Assembly (NCBI GenBank): GCA_002310235.1
Contig: DBYO01000036.1
Location: 54,226 to 118,225 of the forward strand
From: Bacteroidales bacterium UBA1184
Lineage (GTDB): Bacteria > Bacteroidota > Bacteroidia > Bacteroidales > ML635J-15
Direction: 5' to 3'
DNA: 64,000 bases
The translations under genes and the position numbers were made by a program. Every line of letters starts with the position of its first letter. The first letter of the stretch is position 1. Under the pieces are notes generated by a model that did no database searches, was not told the origin of the DNA, and saw only the letters and a program-made list of their open reading frames with translations. Below, piece after piece: positions 57,201-64,000 of the stretch.

Positions 57201-57247
57201 AATGCATAGGCCGTAATTGCCAAAAGCAGTATAAGTCTGTGCTTCAT
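54212..57247 (-). CDS. T9SS cargo paralog: same N-terminal domain, 7 PKD domains, type A CTD
   Basis: Same N-terminal motifs; seven 'W.FEGG.P..S.E.NP...Y..PG.Y' units; CTD VFPNPTS...FIKL. Confidence 0.85.
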   Translation of the reverse strand: MKHRLILLLAITAYALSLKAQVIGTPQMLVQDLDESIWETSGIIYHNGKLWTHNDSGTEAKIYSVDTATGEILESKVIRGVSYSDWEDVAKSPTHLFIGDFGNNISGKRTNMKIHRVKWEDIENPDLDTIDARSISFRFNSAYYPESDAAKNDTKFDCEAMMVMNDTIYIFTKNWRDQDCYVYAIPNKANYTYTTLYPIDTIQLEYMVTGADYDYATNSVALCGYTYDDGTIPTSNPYITIFYGFTGHDFQSGQVETKEYTSPTSIIFQSTGITYNQIEGVTFRDSGRLWITNERYTRSIQGIQALTIPAHLREIPLSGLPIVNTDEEPSYPEEPPAIVINFEASDTLILRGQSVNFTESCTQNPTAYRWTFTSGTPSSSTVQTPPAIRYNTAGQFNVSLRATNDNCQLTKTKSKYIHVLDTATAAFTSNVMAACVNEPVEYYDNSLGAYEIEWYFEGGNPETSTEANPIVMYENPGLYGVTMVVNNPLSTDTITIENYIQVVPHSEANIIALQGMDVAQGESLMFATEPGEGNEVWWHWEFEGGTPATSEEQFPMVTYEEPGTYSISLTTDNGTCEQTTLLEQAVTVYPPISASFTADIDTLCAGYEVHFEGTGEGVTAYNWMFVGGTPESSTEQNPTVTYNTPGTYNVVLIATNPVDTTIVVMENYIEVVPRVRTELIMLPEDEFATVGDTVTFNNASVNATSWMWTFEGGNPSTSIEENPSITYNRPGEYGLTLVASNEFCVGEQVEYSITVYPQIEFSFTADTTKACAGGEIRFRSTNNLGAVTYRHWEFEGGTPEISDEQNPTITYNEPGTYRVSLQVMNPATSKYMAIDSMITVYPAAIADFAISDSTIAVGGQVTFTSQCSNADRIEWVFAGGNPSVSTELNPTIQYNTIGTFWVSLEAWNEHCSDRIIVENLIEVTDSASQGIDEISSHFSVFPNPTSGTLNIDNSGIPYSYTICAQTGALLLESDEHIENISTIDVSALPAGNYNLIINTENGTKTFKFIKL

Positions 57248-57298
57248 GATAGTCTTTTTTTAATTCTTTTTTCCCTTATATTCAAATTTATAAAACGC

Positions 57299-57333
57299 AA
57301 AAAGCAACTGCAAACATTGTTGCAGTTGCTTTT
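57299..57333 (-). terminator. fbp terminator (bidirectional shape)
   Basis: aaaagcaactgcaa...ttgcagttgctttt. Confidence 0.8.
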
Positions 57334-57353
57334 GTCCGTTATTGTATTTGGTC

Positions 57354-58376
57354 TTAGTCACCATATTCTGACATAAATTCTTCTACTTTCTCAACCATTT
57401 CCTTAGAGCCGACAACGAATGGTGTACGCTGGTGTATTTCGGTAGGAACGATGTCGAGGATGCGGTGTCCATATCCGTCGGTTGCCTTGCCGCCAGCTTG
57501 TTCGGCGAGGAAAGCAATCGGGTTGCATTCGTAGAGCAGACGGATTTTTCCGTTTGGCGACGATGCGGTGCGCGGATAGATATATACACCACCCTTGAGC
57601 AGATTTCTGTGGAAGTCGGCAACCAAAGAACCGATGTAGCGCGAAGTGTAAGGACGGCTTGTCGGCTTGTCGATTTCCTGAACATATTTCAAGTACCTCT
57701 TGATTCCTTCGGGGAATTTGAGGTAGTTACCTTCGTTAATCGAGTAAATCTTGCCCTTTTCTGGAGTTACCATCAGTTCGTTCGACATGCAGAACTCGCC
57801 GATTGACGGTTCGTAGGTGAAACCTGTGGTTCCGAGACCAGTTGTGTAAACGAGCATTGTTGACGAACCGTAGATTATGTAACCTGCTGCCACCTGCTTG
57901 TTGCCGGGCTGTAGGAAGTCTTCCTTTACAACTCTGGTGCCTGGCTTCGAAATACGGCGGTAGATTGAGAATATTGTACCAACCGATACGTTAACGTCGA
58001 TGTTTGAGCTTCCGTCGAGAGGGTCCATGCAGATGACGTAGTTGCTGTTGAGCGAAAGCTCATCGTCGAAGATGATGATGTCGTCTTCTTCTTCGGAAGC
58101 GATACCAGCCACCATACCTGAAGCTTGCAAAGCCTTGGTGAACATTTCTTCGGCGAACACATCGAGTTTTTGCTGGGTTTCGCCCTGCACGTTGATGTTG
58201 TCGGTAGCGCCGAGGATGTTGGTCTCGAGGCCGGCACGGTTGATACTGTTGTTTACGATTTTAGCAGCAAGACCAATGTTGCTTAAAAGTCTCGACAATT
58301 CGCCCTTTGCATATTTGAAAGCCGATTGTCTCTGAATTATAACCTCGTCAAGGGTTATGAATCTGTTTGTAGCCAT
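57354..58376 (-). CDS. fbp: Class 1 fructose-1,6-bisphosphatase
   Basis: [55 protein letters not shown]; ATG at 58376 (MATNRF). Confidence 0.96.
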   Translation of the reverse strand: MATNRFITLDEVIIQRQSAFKYAKGELSRLLSNIGLAAKIVNNSINRAGLETNILGATDNINVQGETQQKLDVFAEEMFTKALQASGMVAGIASEEEDDIIIFDDELSLNSNYVICMDPLDGSSNIDVNVSVGTIFSIYRRISKPGTRVVKEDFLQPGNKQVAAGYIIYGSSTMLVYTTGLGTTGFTYEPSIGEFCMSNELMVTPEKGKIYSINEGNYLKFPEGIKRYLKYVQEIDKPTSRPYTSRYIGSLVADFHRNLLKGGVYIYPRTASSPNGKIRLLYECNPIAFLAEQAGGKATDGYGHRILDIVPTEIHQRTPFVVGSKEMVEKVEEFMSEYGD

Positions 58377-58462
58377 GATAATTTTATTGTTTTTTTGTTC
58401 GTTTTTCGTCTTTAAATAAAACACGAAAGTACGTCTTTTCTTTTACATGGGCAAAACAATTC

Positions 58463-60478
58463 TTATTTTTCTATCTCCACAGCTATTATCTCTATCCGTC
58501 GTTCGCGGGCGGCGGCAGGATTATAGACCGAATTACGCTGGTCGTTGCGGTCGTCGCTCACGTTGGCGGCTGCCATTGTCTTGCCGAATGCTACGAATTT
58601 GTATTCAATCTGACCGCTTTCGATGTACTGGCGCAAGACGCCGTCTTCGTACTCGTCGAAAAAGTTCACAAGCGACGAAATCCTTCGTTTGGCAAGGTTG
58701 TTGTTGTATTCCACTGTGTTGAGAGGACTGGTGAAGCCCTTTATCGTTATTGCCACCTTTTGTCCGCTTTCGAGCAGTTCCTTCATCATCTTGGTGAATT
58801 CGATGAGGCGGTTGTAGTTTTCCTCGACCATGTCCGAGAAAAAGACATCGATGCTGTCGACCGCCTGTTCGCGGCGGGTGCGGTCGAGTCCTTTCGAGAA
58901 CTCGCGGCGGTATTTTTCCTGCATCTGCATATAGCTGAAGTAGGTGTCGCTGTAGTTCTGGTTAGTAACTGTGTCCCAGGAGTTTGGATTAGGTATGTCG
59001 TTGTGGAAATACAAGCTTATTGGAACAAGCAATCTTGTGCGCTGTGTGAGTGTGGCTATTCTTATTTCGGTTTCCATGGCAATGCGTTCCTCGTCGCTCA
59101 CGAACTTTTCGATATTATAGTAAAAAATGTCGTTGCAGCAGCTCTGGTGGGTTTGTGCCAATGCCCCTTTGCGGTTGCTGGTGAGGAATGCTATGCCTTC
59201 TTCGGGATAAGTCTTGTAGTAGATGTCGTTTTGGGCCGAATTTATCGGGTAGCCCAAGTTTTTCACTGTGTCCCAGACTCTGAAATTTCCCTTAACCGAA
59301 AAAATGTCGAAAGCGCCGATTGTCTGGTAATGGTTTGAACTGAAGTATAGGGTCGAGTCGAGGGTGTTGTAGAATGGCGTTATCTCGTCGCCGGGAGTGT
59401 TTATCAGCGATGTGGTATCGACAAATTGTGCGAAGCGCTCGTCTTCGATAATAGGTCGACCTATGTTCTTTACTGTGCCGAAACTTCCGTCGGGCAGTAT
59501 TTCGCACGAGTAGATGTCGTATCCGCCTTCGCCTCCGGGGCGGTTGCTCGACCAGAGCAGCATGTCGGGACGATAGCCGAACTCTATGAGGTGGGGTTGC
59601 GTCGAATTGTAACCTTGCTGGTTTATTTTTTCAGGGAGTTTCTCTGGTTCCGACCAGCCATTGTCGGTGCGTGTACACAGATATATGTATGTGTTTCCGT
59701 TGGCGAAGTCGTCGGTGAGCGAAAAGTAGATTCGGTTGCCGTCGTTGCTCATGCAGGGGTTAGAAATGTCGGCTGGCGAAAGTGCGTCGAGACCTAGTTC
59801 GGAAACAGAGGCAAAATTGTCGGCCTCAGTGCTGTATATTCTTGAAATATAGGTTTTTGATGAGTCGTTTTCGGGACGAATCGACGAGAAAAGCACCTTA
59901 CCGTCTGACAACGAAGCTCCAAAGTCGCTGTAAACAGTGTTCATCCCTTCGTCGGTATGCTTTATTTCGACAGCTTGCGGACGATTCTGCTGTTTCCAAG
60001 CATATTCGCAGTTCAGGATTTCCTGTTTGGCCTGCTCTGCTTTTGTCTTGTCTCCCTTGAAATTGTCTTCCTTTGCTGCCGTCATGAACCGTTTGAAGAA
60101 ATATTGCGCTCTCATGAAATCCTCGTTCGACTTCAGCATCTGGGCGTAGTAGTAGGTTGCATCGGGATATTTGCTTTCGGTCTTATCAACAAGCGTTTTG
60201 TAGTGGGTAAGTGCGTTGGCGTAGTCGTTGTCCATACGATAGGCTTCGGCGGTTTTCCACACTATGTCGTACATTTTTGGGTCTTGTTTCAGGGCTTCTT
60301 CGTATAGTTTTGCCGCACCATAGAAGTTTTTTTGCTTCATGGCATTGTCGCCACTGAAAATCAAACTGTTGACATCACGTTCCTGAGCCATTGCCATGCC
60401 CGTGGCAACTACAAGCAGACACAATGCGATAGTTTTTCGCAGCGTGATATTACAGTTTGTTACATGAATTCCGGGCAT
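58463..60478 (-). CDS. PorE-like TPR + PD40 + OmpA-like peptidoglycan-binding protein
   Basis: TPR helices, 'SSNRPGGEGGYDIY', 'NLGYPINSAQND', OmpA-like 'IKGFTSP...YNNNLAKRR...RERRIEI'; overlaps porP. Start uncertain; not obviously a lipoprotein. Confidence 0.8.
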   Translation of the reverse strand: MPGIHVTNCNITLRKTIALCLLVVATGMAMAQERDVNSLIFSGDNAMKQKNFYGAAKLYEEALKQDPKMYDIVWKTAEAYRMDNDYANALTHYKTLVDKTESKYPDATYYYAQMLKSNEDFMRAQYFFKRFMTAAKEDNFKGDKTKAEQAKQEILNCEYAWKQQNRPQAVEIKHTDEGMNTVYSDFGASLSDGKVLFSSIRPENDSSKTYISRIYSTEADNFASVSELGLDALSPADISNPCMSNDGNRIYFSLTDDFANGNTYIYLCTRTDNGWSEPEKLPEKINQQGYNSTQPHLIEFGYRPDMLLWSSNRPGGEGGYDIYSCEILPDGSFGTVKNIGRPIIEDERFAQFVDTTSLINTPGDEITPFYNTLDSTLYFSSNHYQTIGAFDIFSVKGNFRVWDTVKNLGYPINSAQNDIYYKTYPEEGIAFLTSNRKGALAQTHQSCCNDIFYYNIEKFVSDEERIAMETEIRIATLTQRTRLLVPISLYFHNDIPNPNSWDTVTNQNYSDTYFSYMQMQEKYRREFSKGLDRTRREQAVDSIDVFFSDMVEENYNRLIEFTKMMKELLESGQKVAITIKGFTSPLNTVEYNNNLAKRRISSLVNFFDEYEDGVLRQYIESGQIEYKFVAFGKTMAAANVSDDRNDQRNSVYNPAAARERRIEIIAVEIEK

Positions 60479-61476
60479 TTCCTGTAGTAAGGTGTTTCTA
60501 ATGGTTTAGGTTTTGAGTAGATGTAGATTAGCGAAAATTCCACGCCGCCGTTTCCTCGGCTTATGTTGGTAAGTTTCGACAGGTTAATGTCGTAGTTGAC
60601 GAGAAATCTCACGTTGTAGTATTGTATTCCAGCGCATAGAATTCCAGCGTCGCTGGTGCGGGCGAATATACCGAAATATACAGCTTGCAGTCCTATTGGG
60701 TTGACTTCCATGCGACCCAGTGCGCCTATGTCGAATTCAAGATATTTCTGCTGTACCATGCTGTAGAACATTGGGGCAATCCAGAATTCGTCCTTTACAT
60801 TTATATCGCCTGTGGCGTGGACAATCCATTTTGCAGGCAGGCGCGAGTCGTCGCCACCTAGGAAAGCCTTGTGGGGCTGGTTGGGGTGTGCTACCGAGAA
60901 ACCCGCTTCGGCCGACCAGTTGTCTTTTAGTTTGAGTTTTACATTGGTGCCTATTGCGCAGTCGAAGTACCCGAAAGAAGTTTTCTGCCATTGTTCGCCC
61001 GATTCGCGGGTGGGGTCGTATCCGTCGGTTACGTATTGGTTGCCGAAGTTCAGTTTGTCGGGCTGTATTCCGTGGTGGGCGTATCCTGCCGATAGTCCAA
61101 GTCCTGCCATTATTTTACCAGCCATGAATGGGTAATAGTAAGCAGCGCCGAGCGATATTTGTGTGGTGCCGAATTTGCCGTCGCCAGCCACGTCGCGGTT
61201 GATTACTATTCCGAGACCCGATAGGTCTTTGTCGGTTATGAGCGACGAGTGCGAATAATCGACACTGCCGGCAAAAGTGCGGTATGCTTTTGTAAAACTG
61301 TTCCACTGGTTCTTGTTGTTGAGCACAGCGCGCCAGTCTCCGTCGAAGTTGCCTATGTTGGCGGGCGATGTCTGCAAGGGGGTTGAGTAAAACTGCGAGA
61401 AATGGATATCCTGTGCGAAGGTTGTAGCCACCGCAAGGAACATTAAAATCGCAGATATGTAAAAATATTTACTCAT
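60460..61476 (-). CDS. porP: PorP/SprF family T9SS outer-membrane protein
   Basis: QDIHFSQFY..PL..SPA, NKNQW, D.AGDG, HPNQP, YDINLSKL, GGVEFSLIY; -7 element TATCTTTG at 61485-61492 just before the ATG at 61476. Confidence 0.88.
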   Translation of the reverse strand: MSKYFYISAILMFLAVATTFAQDIHFSQFYSTPLQTSPANIGNFDGDWRAVLNNKNQWNSFTKAYRTFAGSVDYSHSSLITDKDLSGLGIVINRDVAGDGKFGTTQISLGAAYYYPFMAGKIMAGLGLSAGYAHHGIQPDKLNFGNQYVTDGYDPTRESGEQWQKTSFGYFDCAIGTNVKLKLKDNWSAEAGFSVAHPNQPHKAFLGGDDSRLPAKWIVHATGDINVKDEFWIAPMFYSMVQQKYLEFDIGALGRMEVNPIGLQAVYFGIFARTSDAGILCAGIQYYNVRFLVNYDINLSKLTNISRGNGGVEFSLIYIYSKPKPLETPYYRKCPEFM

Positions 61477-61702
61477 ATGAAACACAAAGATAATGAATTT
61501 TTTGTTCCTCGCGGTGCTCGGAATGATTTTTTACCACGAATCATTAGAACGGTGTTTTTTTACCACGAATCTTTAGCTCGGTGTAGCCAATCGCACAAAT
61601 AGACACGAATGGTTTTTTTCGGCAAGCCGGTTATCCTCTATTCGTGCAAATTCGTGTAATTCGTGGTCATTGTTTATTTTTTGAGCGCAGCGAAAAACTT
61701 TA
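61477..61702. repeat. Left palindromic direct repeat of the GxxExxY cassette
   Basis: aacacaaagata, ttcctcgcggtgctcggaa, accacgaat, ctttagctcggtgtagcc, cggcaagccg, attcgtgcaaattcgtgtaattcgtggt, ttgagcgcagcgaaaaacttta. Confidence 0.85.
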
Positions 61703-62077
61703 TAGTACAATTCGTTTTATTACAACCCCATCCCTTTCCCCAAAATTCACAAGCATGCCTAATTTTATTCCACTTGCTTTTAAGTAATTCATAATTTGAG
61801 CAATATGAGCATCCATTAATTGAGATACGGATTTAAGTTCAAGAATTATTTTGTCGTAACATACAATATCTGGAATAAAAGTGTGTTGCAGTATGATGTC
61901 ACGATAATGTATCTTTATTTCTGGTTTTGAAACGAACGGGATGCCACGCCTATTAAGTTCGTGTTCTAAAGCTTCGTGATAAACACTTTCCAGGAATCCG
62001 TTTCCTAAGATGTTATACACGTCATATATAGAACGTGTTATTTCGTATGATTCTTTTTTGTATATAATTTCTGCCAT
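61700..62077 (-). CDS. GxxExxY protein (PD-(D/E)XK nuclease fold)
   Basis: GFLESVY motif, PD..(10)..ELK catalytic pattern, QIMNYLKAS, GMLVNFG. Confidence 0.93.
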   Translation of the reverse strand: MAEIIYKKESYEITRSIYDVYNILGNGFLESVYHEALEHELNRRGIPFVSKPEIKIHYRDIILQHTFIPDIVCYDKIILELKSVSQLMDAHIAQIMNYLKASGIKLGMLVNFGERDGVVIKRIVL

Positions 62078-62090
62078 ATTTTTTTATGTT

Positions 62091-62301
62091 TATGAACACA
62101 AATATATACTTATTTTTTATTCCTCGCGGTGCTCGGAACGATTTTTTTTACCACGAATCTCACGAATCCTCACGAATCTTTAGATCGGCGTAGCCAATAT
62201 TTTTTTCGGCTTGCCGAAAAATTGCAAGCTATTCTTCATTCGTGCAAATTCGTGTTATTCGTGGTCGTATTTTATTCGTTTTGAGCTTGCAAAAAACTTT
62301 A
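62091..62301. repeat. Right palindromic direct repeat of the GxxExxY cassette
   Basis: Same ordered blocks as 61477-61702, offset 615 bp at the ttcctcgcgg block; contains the gene's -7 element (TATATTTG, 62099-62106, minus). Confidence 0.85.
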
Positions 62302-62311
62302 TTTGTGTTAT

Positions 62312-62399
62312 TGCTTACGCGAGCTAAAGGTTGGTTACGCCGAGCTAACGGTTCGTGGTTGTGTTATTCCTTCTAGTTTTGAGCATAGCGAAAAAACTT
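62312..62399. repeat. Partial third repeat: two inverted cores plus right end
   Basis: tgcttacgcgagctaaag, ggttacgccgagctaacg, ttcgtggt...ttttgagcatagcgaaaaaactt. Confidence 0.7.
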
Positions 62400-62500
62400 G
62401 TTAAATTATCTTATTTTATCATTTGTGTAACCTTTCTTATTTGTGTTTTACTTATAAATATAATATGCATTTTTGTTTGTGTTTTGTGGTGTATATTTCT

Positions 62501-62508
62501 TAACTTTG
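62501..62508 (+). promoter_or_regulatory. -7 promoter element of the 62545 gene
   Basis: TAACTTTG with TTTG at 62476-62479 (21-nt spacer). Confidence 0.65.
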
Positions 62509-62544
62509 TCGGCTTGAATTTTTTAGTTTTGTAAAAGGTTTTTT

Positions 62545-64000
62545 ATGAAGATAAAAAGCTCTGTAGCAGCTAGTTCCTATTTGTTAGATGCTGTTACGAA
62601 TAACATAGACCAAGGCATTTCTGTGCGCACTTTTTCCTTGCATTCCGTAAGGTCCATTATCATGAAATTGATGCTGGTGATGATGATTGTTGGAGGATGG
62701 AATGTGGTGTGGGGACAATGTCCATCAATCACATTTTCTACGCAGGGATATTCCAATGGAGAGACTATTACATCTGCAACAATAAGTACTAGTATAAGCG
62801 TAACTTTTAATAAAGGATCGAATAGCAATGCCCCCAAATATTATACAACAGGTAGTGCAGTGCGTGTATATGGGGGTAATTATTTTACTATAACATCAAC
62901 ATCTAACAATATATCATCTATAAATATCACTTTTAGTTCTGGAGGTGATAATAACGACATAACCACTAGCACTGGCACTTATAATAATGGTTCTTGGACA
63001 GGTTCTGCTGCATCGGTAAAATTTACTGTTAGTGGGTCTTCTGGACATCGGAGAATAGCTAGTATTGAGGTATGTGTAGCTCCTTCATACACCATTACCG
63101 CCCAGTCAAATAACGATTCATATGGAACAGTTTCTTTGTCTGGTACAACAATCACAGCTACACCTGCCGATTGCTATAGAATTGCATCTCCAGCCTATAC
63201 GGTTGCACCTGTAAATGCCGCAACTGTGTCGCAAAGCGGCAATACTTTTAATGTGACGCCCTCAAGCAATTGTACGGTAACGATAAACTTTGCACCAAAA
63301 CCGGCATATAATGTCAACTGGATTGTGGGTGGTTCTACTATTCGCACACGTTCATATTGCCAAGGTTCTACCATTCCCGCAGGCGATGTTCCAGACGACC
63401 CGACGTCGGGCGATTGCAATGGCAAGACATTCATAGGTTGGTCGGCTACCGAAGTCGCCGAAACCGACGATGAACCAACCTTGGTTACCGCTGCTGGGGC
63501 AACAGTTAATGGGGAAATGAATTTTTATGCGGTATTTGCGGAAGCAAGTGGAAGTGGTCATAATGAATACTGTTTGTATAGTGGAGCATTAACAGAAGGT
63601 GATTACGTTATATATTATAGCGGAAAAGCTATGGATACAACAGTCTCTTCCGATAGGTTGCAATATGAAGAAGTTACTCCAATCAGCAATACTATTACAA
63701 CTACAGATGCATCAATTGTTTGGCATATTGCTCCAAGTGGAAATTACTGGACGATATATAATGCTGCTGCAGGTAAATATGCCGCTTCAACAGGAGTTAA
63801 AAATAAAGCACAAATGCTAGACGATGGGACTGACGATAAATCTCTATGGTCAAATTCTGGAACTTCTACTTATGAATTCGTTAATAAAAAGAATTCTGCA
63901 AGTGCTATCAATTCCAATTTGAGAAATAATGGAACATTTGGTTTTGCTTGTTATGCATCAGGCACTGGGGGCGCATTGTCATTATACAAAAGGACAATTT
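62545..64000 (+). CDS. 3'-truncated large secreted surface protein (Ser/Thr-rich beta domains, InlB-like repeat); missing from the supplied ORF track
   Basis: Open frame from ATG 62545 to the window end: MKIKSSVAAS...IMKLMLVMMIVGGWNVVWGQ, 'KTFIGWS...NFYAVFA', ends GTGGALSLYKRTI. Confidence 0.8.
   Translation, partial: MKIKSSVAASSYLLDAVTNNIDQGISVRTFSLHSVRSIIMKLMLVMMIVGGWNVVWGQCPSITFSTQGYSNGETITSATISTSISVTFNKGSNSNAPKYYTTGSAVRVYGGNYFTITSTSNNISSINITFSSGGDNNDITTSTGTYNNGSWTGSAASVKFTVSGSSGHRRIASIEVCVAPSYTITAQSNNDSYGTVSLSGTTITATPADCYRIASPAYTVAPVNAATVSQSGNTFNVTPSSNCTVTINFAPKPAYNVNWIVGGSTIRTRSYCQGSTIPAGDVPDDPTSGDCNGKTFIGWSATEVAETDDEPTLVTAAGATVNGEMNFYAVFAEASGSGHNEYCLYSGALTEGDYVIYYSGKAMDTTVSSDRLQYEEVTPISNTITTTDASIVWHIAPSGNYWTIYNAAAGKYAASTGVKNKAQMLDDGTDDKSLWSNSGTSTYEFVNKKNSASAINSNLRNNGTFGFACYASGTGGALSLYKRTI

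Noticed and set aside
61477-62301. True integron attC sites
   Set aside because: No RYYYAAC/GTTRRRY core boxes recognised and no intI in the window; kept only as an analogy
61477-62399. CRISPR array
   Set aside because: Units are long, degenerate and internally tandem, with no constant repeat/unique spacer periodicity and no cas genes
1-64000. rRNA, tRNA or known riboswitch
   Set aside because: No recognisable cloverleaf, rRNA signature or riboswitch consensus by eye; a cmscan run would be needed to be sure

Overview
This is a Bacteroidales-type (Bacteroidota) chromosomal window, judged from TAnnTTTG -7 promoters, a type IX secretion system (T9SS) and gene order ruvA-sprA-gcvH. Core genes: GH3/serine-hydrolase fusion, ruvA, sprA, gcvH, pgk, M16 peptidase, secDF, cation:proton antiporter, deoxynucleoside kinase, SSS symporter, acyl-ACP thioesterase, DPP7-type S46 peptidase, fbp, porP and a porE-like gene. 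These are interleaved with large secreted surface proteins (FN3/adhesin mosaics, a ~2,600-aa M43 metalloprotease, PKD paralogs). No rRNA, tRNA, CRISPR array, integrase, transposase or reverse transcriptase is visible. Main unexplained signals: (1) a GxxExxY PD-(D/E)XK nuclease gene between two ~210-225 bp palindromic direct repeats that include its promoter and stop codon, like a gene cassette; (2) solo copies of the same repeat core across the window, with covarying GNA/GNNA mini-hairpins; (3) a 10.1-kb integrase-less island of two T9SS cargo genes flanked by a duplication of the dpp7 3' end and terminator, with the same repeat at its edge; (4) a PGK carrying an extra degenerate nucleotide-binding domain; (5) a REP-like palindrome in frame inside a T9SS C-terminal domain. 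All motif calls were made by eye. No database searches were run.
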